A DNA stretch of 64,000 nt from positions 480,001 to 544,000 of the IMG/VR virus record IMGVR_UViG_3300020045_008999; one strand, written 5' to 3'. The stretch comes from a virus. Lineage: Duplodnaviria; Heunggongvirae; Uroviricota; Caudoviricetes. A program made the position numbers and the translations under genes. Under the pieces are notes generated by a model that had not been told where the DNA came from, searched no databases, and saw only the letters and a program-made list of their open reading frames with translations. Shown piece by piece: positions 1 through 12,200 of this stretch (positions within the stretch are counted from its first letter, which is position 1; each line of letters opens with the position of its first letter).

Positions 1-1008
1 AGAGCATTTAAACACAATAGTTTCGAAATGACTGCGGAGGCCGGAATATTAGACCTACAATATACGATTTCAAAACAAGGTTTCTTAAAGCCTGTTATTT
101 ACATCACACCCACTAAATTAGATGGTGCTACTGTACGAAAAATTACTGGGAATAACGCACGCTTCATCAAACGGATGGGAATTGGAGTTGGTGGGAAAAT
201 ATTAGTAAAGCGCAGTGGTATGGTTATCCCATTAGTGGTTGCAGTTCTCGAAAGGAAAGAGTTTATATACCCATCAATAAATGGTGTCGAAATTGTATGG
301 AATGCATCCGGTGCCGAATTAATGACGTTGACTATAACTGACGATCAACGCTTCAAACAAGCGGTTTCATTTTTTGAAATTCTAAAAGCAGATAACTTCT
401 CAGAGGGTACAATTCGCCAACTTTGGGATAATGATTTCAATTCTATCCATAAAATTGCAAATATTACACAAGTCGAACTATCTAAATTGCCCGGTTTTGC
501 TGATAAAAAATCGGAAATTGTATTCAATTCGATAAAAAAATCATTAAATAACGTACCGCTATCCAAACTACAACATGCTTCTGGACTATTCAAACAGTTA
601 GGAAGTAAGAAACTATTATTACTTGAAGATTTCATTGAAATTCCAAAAGTTTCTGAGATCATACAAATCGAGGGATTTGCAGAAGTATCCGCCCACGCAT
701 ATTTAGAAGCCATCAACGAATTCAACGAATTTATAATAGGGCTACCGGTAACTATTAGCAAAAAAACCATCATTGAAAAAGTAAGCAATGATATGGATGG
801 TATGGTATTTGTATTCAGTGGGATCCGCTCCAATGAGATGGAAGATGTGATAGTATCTCGTGGTGGGAAAATTGCATCAGGCATTTCTAAGAATACTACA
901 CATTTAGTTATGAAAGCAAAAGGCAGCGGAAGCTCTAAAGAAAATAAGGCAATCGATTTAGGGGTTGTTATATTAACGTTAGATGAATTACAAAAATTAA
1001 TAGCATAA
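1..1008 (+). CDS. ligA: NAD-dependent DNA ligase, C-terminal part (OB, HhH, BRCT); 5'-truncated by window edge
   Basis: Frame open from base 1 (RAFKHNSFEM...). OB-fold motifs KPVIYITPTKLDGATVRKITGNN and KRSGMVIP, HhH LPGFADKKSE, C-terminal BRCT FVFSG...GGKIASGISKNTTHLV...SSKENKAIDLGV. Confidence 0.9.
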   Translation, partial: RAFKHNSFEMTAEAGILDLQYTISKQGFLKPVIYITPTKLDGATVRKITGNNARFIKRMGIGVGGKILVKRSGMVIPLVVAVLERKEFIYPSINGVEIVWNASGAELMTLTITDDQRFKQAVSFFEILKADNFSEGTIRQLWDNDFNSIHKIANITQVELSKLPGFADKKSEIVFNSIKKSLNNVPLSKLQHASGLFKQLGSKKLLLLEDFIEIPKVSEIIQIEGFAEVSAHAYLEAINEFNEFIIGLPVTISKKTIIEKVSNDMDGMVFVFSGIRSNEMEDVIVSRGGKIASGISKNTTHLVMKAKGSGSSKENKAIDLGVVILTLDELQKLIA

Positions 1009-1012
1009 AGCT

Positions 1013-1387
1013 ATGGATATTATTATAAACATACTAGCCCTATTGTGCGGCATCGGAATTGGTTGGCGTACCCATGTTCTACACCTGAGACATAAAGAGC
1101 CGGTTATAATATATCCCAGAGGGGTGATTGGCCAAACACTTTCTACTAGTGATACTAAGGAATTCGATATTCAACTTGAAATTAAGGCCATAGAGTCTAC
1201 TTCGGATTCAGTCAAGATCTCACTCACCAATGTAATAATTATGCAAAGTCACTATGATACTCATATTATTCGTGCAAAAATAAAAGCATTGTATGAAGGC
1301 AGGTGGGTGATGAAAGATAGTATTGTATGGATTATAGAACCAACAGTAACAAATCGCATAAATACGATCAACAGTATTTTGAAATAA
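1013..1387 (+). CDS. hypothetical membrane-anchored protein with C-terminal RxxxIxxIL motif
   Basis: N-terminal hydrophobic helix; ends RINTINSILK. Confidence 0.6.
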   Translation: MDIIINILALLCGIGIGWRTHVLHLRHKEPVIIYPRGVIGQTLSTSDTKEFDIQLEIKAIESTSDSVKISLTNVIIMQSHYDTHIIRAKIKALYEGRWVMKDSIVWIIEPTVTNRINTINSILK

Positions 1388-1469
1388 ACTATTATGAACC
1401 TAAAAAATAATTGATTGTCAAGTAGTTGTAAAATAATTAAAAATATTCTTTTTATTTCTGAAAAGGACT

Positions 1470-1496
1470 AAACTTTTTACAATATATATGGTATAA
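1470..1496 (+). promoter_or_regulatory. putative phage ECF-sigma promoter AAACTT-N15-GTATAA
   Basis: The same bipartite motif with identical 15-nt spacing recurs upstream of the gp46-like, thyA, exonuclease, clpC and ssb genes. Confidence 0.65.
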
Positions 1497-1556
1497 GATA
1501 AACATCTATCAATGATAGACAACTAAAACCAATAAAAAAAAAATAACGGCAATCAA

Positions 1557-2144
1557 ATGACAACTACTATCGAAAATTTCAAAGAACATGAAGACCTTTT
1601 CAAAAAACAAACTGGGTTAGATTTCAATTATGCATATAATAAGTATTACACAAAATTAGTTTATTATATCAGTAAAAGATGTCCTGATATACAACAGGCG
1701 GAAGATTTATCAACAAAATCATTTATACGATCAATTGAAAAAATCGACCAATTTGACAAAACAAAGGCACAGTTTTCAACTTGGTTATTTAGAATCGGTA
1801 GAAATATTGCATACAAAGAAATGGATGACAATAAACACATTTCATCTATTGACGTTGAATATGATAAGCAAGGAACTACTATGAAAGAGTTTATTCCAAA
1901 TTCGGAAGAAGACGAAGTAGAAGACCTAATTATCAAAAAAGGTAGAATTATGCTAGAACATATTTCTAAATTAAGAGAACCGTACAGAAGAGTTATTGAA
2001 ATGAGGGAATTAGATAACTTATCTTATCAAGAAATTTCTGAAATTTTAGGCGAAAACCTAAACACAATCAAAAGTCGCATAAAAAACGGCCGAATACTTT
2101 TAATAAATTCCACTAAAAAAGAATTTAAATTACTAGACAAATAA
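1557..2144 (+). CDS. ECF-type sigma-70 family RNA polymerase sigma factor
   Basis: Region 2 (AEDLSTKSFI...FDKTKAQFSTWLFRIGRN) and region 4 HTH (LSYQEISEILGENLNTIKSRIKNGR); 195 aa, no region 3. Confidence 0.92.
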   Translation: MTTTIENFKEHEDLFKKQTGLDFNYAYNKYYTKLVYYISKRCPDIQQAEDLSTKSFIRSIEKIDQFDKTKAQFSTWLFRIGRNIAYKEMDDNKHISSIDVEYDKQGTTMKEFIPNSEEDEVEDLIIKKGRIMLEHISKLREPYRRVIEMRELDNLSYQEISEILGENLNTIKSRIKNGRILLINSTKKEFKLLDK

Positions 2145-2155
2145 AAAAAATAAAT

Positions 2156-2476
2156 ATGACAAACCTTACTATAATAAATCCCGAAAATATTCAACAATTC
2201 ACAGAATCCGGAGTAGTAATAATTGACGTATGGTCACCAACTTGCGGACCTTGTCTTCAATTATTACCAATTTTCGAACAAATTGCTAATGATTTAACGG
2301 ATGTTGCATCCTTTGGGAAATTAAATGCACAGGACCACCGAGATGTTGCAGTCGATCTCAATGTACGATCAATCCCAACCTTACTATTTTATAAAGATGG
2401 GGTGGTTGTAAATCGCACAGTAGGATTGAAAAGCCCTGAGGAAATCAAAACAATCATATTGGAAATTTCAAACTAA
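2156..2476 (+). CDS. trxA: thioredoxin
   Basis: WSPTCGPC active site, VRSIPTLLFYKDG, 106 aa. Confidence 0.92.
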   Translation: MTNLTIINPENIQQFTESGVVIIDVWSPTCGPCLQLLPIFEQIANDLTDVASFGKLNAQDHRDVAVDLNVRSIPTLLFYKDGVVVNRTVGLKSPEEIKTIILEISN

Positions 2477-2484
2477 TTAAAATT

Positions 2485-2510
2485 AAAAACCTGTTTTTTA
2501 CAGGTTTTTT
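2485..2510 (+). terminator. intrinsic terminator
   Basis: AAAAACCTG/CAGGTTTTT inverted repeat with T tract after trxA. Confidence 0.65.
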
Positions 2511-2522
2511 ACATTTCAATAT

Positions 2523-2945
2523 ATGATACCTTCCGACATAAATTGTGCCGAACACCACAGTATAGTTATAAAAATATTAAATAGTAAAATTACTATAAAT
2601 AATATAATATCATTTGTAGAGAAAATCACTTTGACAGACAAATCGAATTTTTATTATGTAAATTCAATTGATTCATATACAACTGACTTTAAAGGATTAT
2701 TACGCCAAATTAAAATTCGTGAAATTTTGGAAAATACTAATACATCCATTTTAGTATTACATAATATGCATCATTATTCTGCGGATTTCAAGTTAAGGAA
2801 TTTCATTTCTGAAAATAAAAAACAAATGAAAATTATACTAATTGAACAGAATACTATTAATTTTAAGGACTTACTAATTTCAGACTTAGTGATCGGTCTT
2901 AAATCATCTAATAATTTTAGTATAATCAAAAACCGATTCATATAA
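2523..2945 (+). CDS. hypothetical protein (possible degenerate RecA/DnaB-fold fragment)
   Basis: C-terminus SDLVIGLK...IIKNRF; internal RQIKIREIL motif. Confidence 0.5.
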   Translation: MIPSDINCAEHHSIVIKILNSKITINNIISFVEKITLTDKSNFYYVNSIDSYTTDFKGLLRQIKIREILENTNTSILVLHNMHHYSADFKLRNFISENKKQMKIILIEQNTINFKDLLISDLVIGLKSSNNFSIIKNRFI

Positions 2946-2956
2946 ATGTTTACAAT

Positions 2957-3358
2957 ATGGTTCCAGAATTCAATTCACTACATCGATGCACGACGTACTA
3001 CTTCGATAATAATTCGCAAAATATTGAAGAAGAGTTTTCATTAAATATAAATATTTTTAGGCCACATATCACAGAAACTTCACAAAGAAATGATATACTA
3101 CGTCAATTACACATACACAACATCCTAAATAACTCAAATTGTGCTATTGTATATTTTGATAGTAATAATTTTAATAATACGAGACATTTATTTATGTTGG
3201 TATCTGAGTTTAATATATTATTTGATAAAATTCGAATTCTTGTTAAGATAAACAAAGTGACACACGATCAAATATACCATTCACTGGTAGCTTGGTCCAC
3301 TTTAGTAGTCAGCGTTATAGAAAATAAAGAAATAATTCTCAAAAATTGTAGCGCATAA
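2957..3358 (+). CDS. hypothetical protein, probable paralog of 2523..2945
   Basis: LRQLHIHNILNN; C-terminus STLVVSV...IILKN. Confidence 0.5.
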   Translation: MVPEFNSLHRCTTYYFDNNSQNIEEEFSLNINIFRPHITETSQRNDILRQLHIHNILNNSNCAIVYFDSNNFNNTRHLFMLVSEFNILFDKIRILVKINKVTHDQIYHSLVAWSTLVVSVIENKEIILKNCSA

Positions 3359-3410
3359 ACCAATACATTTTCTTAAATTTGCATAAAAATAAAACAAAAA
3401 CAAAAAAAAC

Positions 3411-4514
3411 ATGATCATAAATTTAAAGTCCGAAACTAACCTATCTGGGTTTTACATTGTTTATAAAGGATCTACGAATCTAGAAAAAAAAGGATGGCGC
3501 GGCATTTCACACCTAATGGAACATTTAGTATTCAAAAGTGTAGATCACCTACAAGAAGATTTCGATAGAGATGGCTTAGAATACAATGCATATACAAGTG
3601 GCAATGAAATTGTATTCTATTTGACCGGATTAGATAGTCGAGTTAATAAATGGAAAAGTACTTTCTTAAATTTGTTACTACAATTTCAAATTACCGAAGA
3701 GGAATTCCACAACGAACGAAAAATTGTACTGGAGGAATACATGGATTGCTTCAATGACCAATCACAAGTACATGCACTGAATCTAAGTAGAAAACTTCTT
3801 AATGATTTCGACGCAATTGGTTCCCGCCAAGATTTAGAAAATCTGACATATCAGGATATAATCGATTTTTTCGATTTACAATATTCAAAGCCTAGTAAAA
3901 TTATTAACGTTTCAAAGGATTCAAATTATTACAATGATTCAATTCAGTTCAGCGATATTGTAATAGACAAAACGTTCGAAATTAAATCGTACGATGTCGA
4001 TTTTGAGTTAAGAAATGAATTCAAAGATAAGACTTCCATAATTGCACTATCACCACTTATTAACGAAGACTTTGGTTATGTAAAATTCATAAACAGCATG
4101 TTATCCATGGGACTAATTTCACCACTATATGATGAAATTCGAGAAAAGAGAGGGTTGGTATACTATGTTCATTGCTATATGTCAATTGTGAATAAACAAG
4201 CGGCTACAATTATAGCAACCGTAACTTCAAATGAAAATACACAAACGGTAACTGATTGCATTGAAGAAATTTTATCAAATCCAGATAAATACATCACCCA
4301 AGAACGACTGGAAGTTGTAAAGGATTACTACATGGCCAGAAAAGAAATCAATGAAATACTAAGGTATAAAAATGTGGATAAATACATTTCAGATATGGAA
4401 ACAATTTATGATATTTTAGATTCCGTTAATTTAGAAAAAATTATTCAGGTCTATAAAAAATATTTTAATTACAGCACATTCCACATATCAAATGATAAAA
4501 CGGAATTTGTTTAA
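3411..4514 (+). CDS. M16 family (insulinase/pitrilysin-like) zinc peptidase
   Basis: Inverted zinc motif GISHLMEH, NAYTS, ERKIVLEE, LYDEIREKRGLVY. Confidence 0.92.
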   Translation: MIINLKSETNLSGFYIVYKGSTNLEKKGWRGISHLMEHLVFKSVDHLQEDFDRDGLEYNAYTSGNEIVFYLTGLDSRVNKWKSTFLNLLLQFQITEEEFHNERKIVLEEYMDCFNDQSQVHALNLSRKLLNDFDAIGSRQDLENLTYQDIIDFFDLQYSKPSKIINVSKDSNYYNDSIQFSDIVIDKTFEIKSYDVDFELRNEFKDKTSIIALSPLINEDFGYVKFINSMLSMGLISPLYDEIREKRGLVYYVHCYMSIVNKQAATIIATVTSNENTQTVTDCIEEILSNPDKYITQERLEVVKDYYMARKEINEILRYKNVDKYISDMETIYDILDSVNLEKIIQVYKKYFNYSTFHISNDKTEFV

Positions 4515-4515
4515 C

Positions 4516-4547
4516 AAAAAGGTTGGTATATTTATGCCAACCTTTTT
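4516..4547 (+). terminator. intrinsic terminator
   Basis: AAAAAGGTTGGTATA/TATGCCAACCTTTTT hairpin. Confidence 0.65.
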
Positions 4548-4561
4548 ATATTTTATTTATT

Positions 4562-5107
4562 ATGCAAAATTTATTAGATAAATATGGGATAAATGTAAGA
4601 TACTGCACCCTCCGTAATATGTGGAATCGTGACGTCCATACATACCACAACACAACACATCTTCTGGACCTATACCACCAAATTCATGATAGATACCCAA
4701 ATAGTTGTGATGAACGTGACCTACTTTTATTGGCCGCAATTTTCCATGACATTATATACATCCCTGGTAATACAGACAACGAAGAAAAGTCAGTTGAATA
4801 TTTACAATCGTTATGCGAAGTCATTTCTAGTGATATTTTGACGGTTTGTATTATAATATCTGATACCAAATCACATATACCATCAAATGCTATATCTTCG
4901 GTATTCTGTGATATGGACATGGATATATTATCCAGAAGTTATGATGAATTGATAATATATGAAAATAGAATTTACCAAGAATACAAACACTTATCGGGAT
5001 ATAGAGAGGGTAGGATTGCTTTCATAAATTCCATACTGGTAGAAAATTCAAAAAATTCAATTAACCTACATATGTTAATAGATTATATCACATTTATGTA
5101 TCATTAA
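4562..5107 (+). CDS. HD-superfamily metal-dependent phosphohydrolase
   Basis: YHNTTH, AAIFHDIIY, DNEEKS, FCDMDMDIL. ATG at 4562 is preferred over TTG 4523, which lies inside the terminator. Confidence 0.8.
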   Translation: MQNLLDKYGINVRYCTLRNMWNRDVHTYHNTTHLLDLYHQIHDRYPNSCDERDLLLLAAIFHDIIYIPGNTDNEEKSVEYLQSLCEVISSDILTVCIIISDTKSHIPSNAISSVFCDMDMDILSRSYDELIIYENRIYQEYKHLSGYREGRIAFINSILVENSKNSINLHMLIDYITFMYH

Positions 5108-5152
5108 ATAAACAAATATGTGTTTTTTATATATAAATAAAAAACACATATT

Positions 5153-5533
5153 ATGGAAGATGCTTTTAACACACAAGATAAATTAGTTGACTATGTAAAT
5201 TATGATTTGGACTCAGTACCAACAGGATATAATTGTTTACCACTTACTGGGACTGGGACTAGTACATCATCTGGGTATATTACAATAGGCAATAATACCA
5301 TCAATTCCGCAGGGATATTATCGAATATTAACTCCATTAATGCTACGGGGGGATATTATTATACATCAGGTGGAGGACTGTTCACACCAACTGAATCCGA
5401 AGAAACTAAATATACAGACTTCATGTTTAAACTTCTTGGTATTGATATGGATTATATAAAATTTATCAACATGACCGAATCTGAAAGAACTGCATTCATA
5501 AGAACTTATGTAATAGCAAATATTGTGAAATAG
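5153..5533 (+). CDS. hypothetical protein with C-terminal RxxxIxxIV motif
   Basis: T/G/S-rich linker; ends RTYVIANIVK. Confidence 0.55.
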   Translation: MEDAFNTQDKLVDYVNYDLDSVPTGYNCLPLTGTGTSTSSGYITIGNNTINSAGILSNINSINATGGYYYTSGGGLFTPTESEETKYTDFMFKLLGIDMDYIKFINMTESERTAFIRTYVIANIVK

Positions 5534-5534
5534 A

Positions 5535-6254
5535 ATGAATTTAAATAAAAATTATTATTCAATTTTAAATATTCCTAAAAATTCCGACAAAAAAGAAATA
5601 AAAAAGGGATATTTCGCCTTATCGAAAAAACACCACCCGGATAAAGGTGGGGATGAAGATTTTTTCAAAGAAATTTCAGAATCTTACACCATATTATTCA
5701 ATGAAGTTACCCGGACCGATTATGATAAACGAAGTCGGTTCGGAAATGAATATGATGAATTAAGCGAATTATTGAACTATGAGCAAGACATTACGTGGGA
5801 TGAAAGTAAATATAATAAGTTTAAGAAAGATGACCTCCTAAACATTATTATCGAAGTTCCATCACCATTTATTGGTGTTGTGGAGTACCAAAGATGGGTA
5901 ATTTGTAAAAAATGCAGTGGGAATGGTAAAGATTTGAATTCGAAAATTGTAATAAAGGATCGTAATGGTGATGTAATACGAATGTTTGAGGGTGATGGCG
6001 GTTGTGATTTCTGCGAAGGAAGCGGCAAAGACTGGAAAGGAAATGATTGCTCATTTTGCTTTGGGGCTGGGAAAATTGGTTCTTCCAATTGTAAAACATG
6101 CGATGGTAAAAAACGAATTTTAGGAAATCAAAAATTATCCGGAATATCAATTCCAGATAATTTCGACGATCCTATAAAAGTTCCCAATATGGGTAATATG
6201 TCAAAAGATATCCCTGGGAAATCCGGGCATCTTTTTATTCGCGTACTTATTTAA
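5535..6254 (+). CDS. dnaJ: DnaJ-like co-chaperone (J domain plus Zn finger)
   Basis: NYYSILNI...HHPDKGG J domain; four CxxCxGxG-like repeats (CKKCSGNG, CDFCEGSG, CSFCFGAG, CKTCDGKK). Confidence 0.88.
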   Translation: MNLNKNYYSILNIPKNSDKKEIKKGYFALSKKHHPDKGGDEDFFKEISESYTILFNEVTRTDYDKRSRFGNEYDELSELLNYEQDITWDESKYNKFKKDDLLNIIIEVPSPFIGVVEYQRWVICKKCSGNGKDLNSKIVIKDRNGDVIRMFEGDGGCDFCEGSGKDWKGNDCSFCFGAGKIGSSNCKTCDGKKRILGNQKLSGISIPDNFDDPIKVPNMGNMSKDIPGKSGHLFIRVLI

Positions 6255-9200
6255 CTTTGAATTCCGAAGGGTGGTGTGGTAGTATAGCCAAATGCTGTAC
6301 TCAAATCAGATACATTACCCAACGAATCCATTGTTTTTATTCTATAATACCTGGTTTTATTAAAACCGACTACATCATAATACGCCACAACAAGTCCAAC
6401 ATCTGCAATTTTCAAATATTGTCCATAAGCTGTTGTTGATCTCCATACTTCATATCCAGCCACCGTATTATCACTACTTCCCACGGACCATTCAACCTGG
6501 ATACCAGTATCATCACTATATGCATATACATCAGATGGCGCAGTTACACTGCTAGGATCTGGAATAACAATCGGTGGACTAATTGTAAAACTTTTAGTGT
6601 AGGTATTAGAATATCTACCATCAATTTTGCCTATTGATCTAATTCTAATATAATATAATTCCCCACTTACCAATCCATTATATACCTGTGTATAATTCCC
6701 AGTAATATTTATCAAATGTTCAATTGGATCACTATATGGAAATGCAGTTCCATATGAAATTTCATATCCTCTTATATTTTGAATATAACTAGGATCATCC
6801 CAACTGATACTAACACTTAGTGAATCAAAGTCAACAATCGGACTCCAAACCAATGGACCCAATATTTCATCACTATTCGTAGTATATGCTGGTATATTTA
6901 ACGATGTGATTCCAATAGTAGAAGTAATGTTATCGATGAAATCATAATCATCACTATATTTAATTTCCGGTGCTGGAATATACTTAGGGGCCTTTGCACT
7001 ATCATCAATGCGCATATTTGAATCATCTTCACCAAAATAATCAAAGAAAGGTATCATGTCTAATTCATTGAAATTTATACTCTTAAATTCGAAGGATGAA
7101 TTAGTCGCATTACTCAACATATATAAATCCAGACTCTTTTTGTTGAAAAAATATTCGCGTCGTATTTTACCTGGTTTATTTTCGGTTAAATGGTTCTCAA
7201 TTGCTTTATTAATCGAATAGTATTGTGGGGTATTGTCAAAATACAAACTTGGGGTATCATTATCATATAACACCGAACCACTAAAACTACGCAAATTGAA
7301 TTCTATAACGGAATATCTACCAGAATCTATTGATTGATACTTTTCATTGTATAAATTAGTCGGACCACTATTATTCAAAACAAACGATGCCCCACTATTT
7401 ACAGAAACAAACATAATATTAGAATTACTTACATCACCCTCTAAATAATTAGCACTCAATGTTGGTAAATCGCTACCACTAATTGTTTTATAATTCCATC
7501 CATTAGTGGTAAACTCACCAATGCTGTTGTTAGTCGCACCAACTTGAAATGGATACGTAAACAAACCATTTTGTGGCAGAAAAGAATTATATGCCGTTTT
7601 CTTAACACCCAAGTCATACGTTTTGAAGTCAATATTATTTAAATTCATAAACCTAGCCCTTGATGATAGTACATCATTAGTGGACCTACCAGAGTGATTC
7701 ATCACCGGAATGTTACGTTGCCATTTATTTGAAAATATGGTATCATCCGAATAAATATTTACTCGATCATTCTCATTATTGTAACGAAATGCTGCCCATG
7801 AACGATAATATCGATCACTTGAATTCACAATTGGACTGGTTATCGGTTGTTTATTTACGTGAAAATTTCGCTTAATTACTACATTATCATAAAAAATAAA
7901 ATTCTGAACCATCGACTCATTACCAATTTTACCACCATCAAATATACCATCAATCATATGCGTTTTATTAAGAACTGTTATATATGGATAACCAGAAACA
8001 ATTCCATAATTCATAATACCATTATAAACACCATTTAGGAACACCCCAGACAACCAAACATTTGAACTCATTTTTATATCATGCATATCAGAGTCTTTAC
8101 GAATTAATCGCAATTGTGAATTTGAAATAACCTCTAACACTACTGTATTTCTACCAGATGTAACCACGGTAGGAATTGACCGAATAACCATATGTCCTTT
8201 CAACAATTTACGATTATCATTATAGTCAATTCCAATAATATTGGAAATTGATATTTTATCACTTTTATTAAATTTCAAAAGTTGAGCATAGTTATCGGTG
8301 GTTGGTTTAATTTCCACTTCAATGGTATAGACAAATTCACTGACTTGGATAAATTCGACAACATCACTTATTAAACAAATACTATCATCAGATCTATATC
8401 CATTTGACCACACCCCATTCTCCCATACCCCATGGGTGAATAATCCATTACCATATTTGAAATGAATCGTGTTTCCATTTTCAACAAATATAGGTGATAC
8501 AATATTTGGCATAGAAATTCCATTAAAATCCGCTAAATTAATCAATTCATTATTCCCGGACTTATAAATTGTTTTTATTCTACTCACTGTTATACTTGGA
8601 ATTAATGCCGTGGCAGCAACACTCCCCTCATTTGATATTCTATATGTGAGTGATTTATTCAAATCATTCTGACTTGGGAAATATTTTATCGGTTGGCTAA
8701 ATGAAATATTTGATAAGCGTATTACCGGTTTACCAGCATCATCAAACCCAACATTACCCGGTAAAATACTAGTCCTATAGCTTGGATTAACATCACCAGT
8801 TAAATCACCAATGTTCAAATACATAAACATATCATCATTCGATGCGCCAAAATTAAAAATAACTTCATAACCATAAAACGGATCTAGAAATACATCTGCA
8901 TCATCATAACATTTAGTATCATCACAATACGACATAGTTAGTCGATATTCATCACTTGATGTAGATGGTTCTTTAGTATATGCGGTTGGTGGTTGTTCAC
9001 CATTCACCGAAACCCAACTATTTGGAAATGCTAAGAAATCACCACTATCTTGAATTGTTTCATAACCACAATAATTTGTTATATGTATTTTATTCTTCAC
9101 ACTAACATCATCAATGCCAGAATCAACAAAATCAATTAGTTTTTTAGAAAAGTCATTAGCAAGAATGCCACTGGTCACATCCAGACCTTCATATGGACTA

Positions 9201-12200
9201 CCATCCCAATTTCCATTTCGCCATCGACCACCTTTCCACAAAACACCGTTCGCTAAACCATAATTCCACACACCATTTTCCCAAATTGATCCCCACATCT
9301 CCCCATTATTGAATGTACCATCAAGCCAATTGGTGTGGTACATCTTACCACTATTGAAGGTACCACCAAGCCAGGTCGTATCTGAAAATTCAGCCACGCC
9401 CCCAAACGTTCTACTTGTATATGGATTGAAAAATCCCCCGTTAAAAAAACCCTTACTGAATGAACCACCAAACCAAATAGAATTGTTGAAATATGCATTA
9501 CTGTGTGTAAAATTTCCACTTTTCCATAACATATTTTTAAATTCAACAAAATTGATATTTTTAACCGCGTCACGCACTCTTTTACCAATATCATAAGTTG
9601 TTTGGTCCACCAAAACTTCAAACTTATTATTAACAACGCTTCCATTTTTCCATATACCATATTGAGCACTCGAAATATCTAAATATTCATTTACTACTTC
9701 GGACACATCAGATGATTCCCACCCACCACCGTTAAAAATACCGTTGGTGAACACCCCATTATTCCAAAAATATCCTTGAAATACACCACCTTGAAATACA
9801 CCATCAAACCAAGTTGGATTTAACCCAAAACCTTTCTTATTTCCAAATTCACCACCATTAAATTCACCACCTTGCCAGGTATAATCCGATTTATTAATAG
9901 AATTTATATTGTTCGCACTATCAGTTGATGTAAATTTACCACCATTAAAGCTACCACCAGTCCACACACCCCCGGAAAAGCTACCACCATTAAAGCTACC
10001 ACCATTCCAGGTCCCACCAATAAATTGACCACCATTAAATGCCCCATTATTCCAAACTAATGTACCACCGAACACTGCGCTCACTACTGTTGTAAATGTA
10101 ACCTGAGTTATACCAGATACTGTAGTTGATTCTGCCGGATATGACATATCACCAAATAATCCACCACTTATAACACCACCTAGCCAGGTTGAATTATAAA
10201 ATTCACCGGATACAAAAGTACCACTATTCCAAATTGATTTATTACGAAACGTTCCATTATTAAAGGTACCACTTAGCCACTCAGAATTAGAAAATATACC
10301 ATTCGAAAATATACCATTCAACCACTTAGAGTGAATGAATGTACCACCATCGAATACATTTGTCAAATTTCCGAACCAAGTTGAATTAGAAAGTATACCA
10401 CCGAGTACTTTCACACCACTACGGAAATAACATTTACTAAATATACCACTTTTTACTGTATTATAATTACTAGTTGAATCGAAACTAGTTTCGATAATTC
10501 GCAACCTATTTATATCACTTAATACCAGGGAAATTGGATTATCAACCGTCTCGGCCTCTATTATATTTCCACTAAGTAGTCCTCGGATAAAAATACCACC
10601 TTTTATTTTAGAATTTGTAATTTTAATTTTAGACAACAGACTAGGAAATTCACTTCGTATAGTAACATTATCAAACACATTACCATCTATAGAACCAAGC
10701 TGAACTTGATCCCCAGTTATACTAACTACTATAAACTCATCGTTAATTATCTCACCATCTTCATAACCACCATCTAACCACACATTTTCACCAACAACAA
10801 GTGGTTTAGTAATCAACTGGGTCAATGCGGGTATTACCACGTACACAATTCCTAAATTTGCATAAATTTGACTTATTGTCAATTCTTTAGGACTCACAAG
10901 TGATCCACTAACCCATTCTGAATCATCTACCAAGCCAGAACTTATACTAAAGTTACTCAATTGAGACCCACTGAACAATAAATTAATATCCAATGCGTTC
11001 ATTATATTATTATTAGTAATGACATTACCAATATGATCTGTATAAAAAGCAAAAGTACTACCACTAACTGGATTTGGTTTCATAACCAAATCAATAGAAT
11101 ATGAATACACATCACGGACTACCACACTTCTAATAAAATTGGGTCCAACTACACTAACAACTGATTTGAATTTATTCTCATCCTTGGTTTTCACCACACA
11201 GATCATTTGATCATTTCCTAAATCAGAATTGTAGAAGTTATCTAAAACTATTTTGGTTTCAATAGGTAGTTTTATTTTTTCATCATCAGCCAATCCAGAT
11301 ATAAAATATGATTTATTTAATTTGGTCACAAATAGACTTTCTAGCGAATCAATTTTATTATAATCCTCTTCGGTAATCCACATTTTTAAAGTTGAATAGA
11401 TATCATTAAATTTATTACTAACAATTGGGATGGCGGCCACACCCGGTGCCAAATCGGACACAATCTCAGCACCCACTACTACAATACCCACATTCGCAAT
11501 TAAACTACTATTCGAAACAAAGCTCGCGTCAATCTGAGAATCAATAACCCTTGAATTTACAATAGTGGATTCACGTACATTTGAATTTGATAAAGTGGAT
11601 TCACTAACTGAAACACTTGTAACATCACACAATTCGTAATTACCACCATAAAGATGTAAATCGAACCCACTCGTATCAATATCCGAATATTTACCAGAAT
11701 TTGACGCGGTTGTAGAAATATTACAGTTTATAAAGTTTCCATTTTTAATAACCCCACCACTAACATTTGAATCAATTACATAATTATATCCAAATCCACC
11801 ATTATTAGTTGGATCAGACACTTGTACAACAACCCCATTTTCCATATGAGCAAATGTAGTTTCCTCACCAATATTAAATATAGAATCCATTTCACCACTA
11901 CTCCAGTCGGAATTTATAAAAAAACCACCATTCCAGTTACCGGTAGATTGCCATTTATTAGGCTCGTGATAAGTACCAAATATACCATCGTTATAATTAC
12001 CCGAAAATACACCACCTCTAAAATTTAATTTAGAAATAATTGGTTGCTTATATACAATGTCTATAAGATACTCGCCGGTATTTCCTTCATACGAATATAC
12101 TGACCTCTGTTTTAATACTATACCATCCACAGTAACGATGTCTTCACCTATTATGAATAATTTACCATTATTACTAAGCCTATCAATACCTGATGAATAC

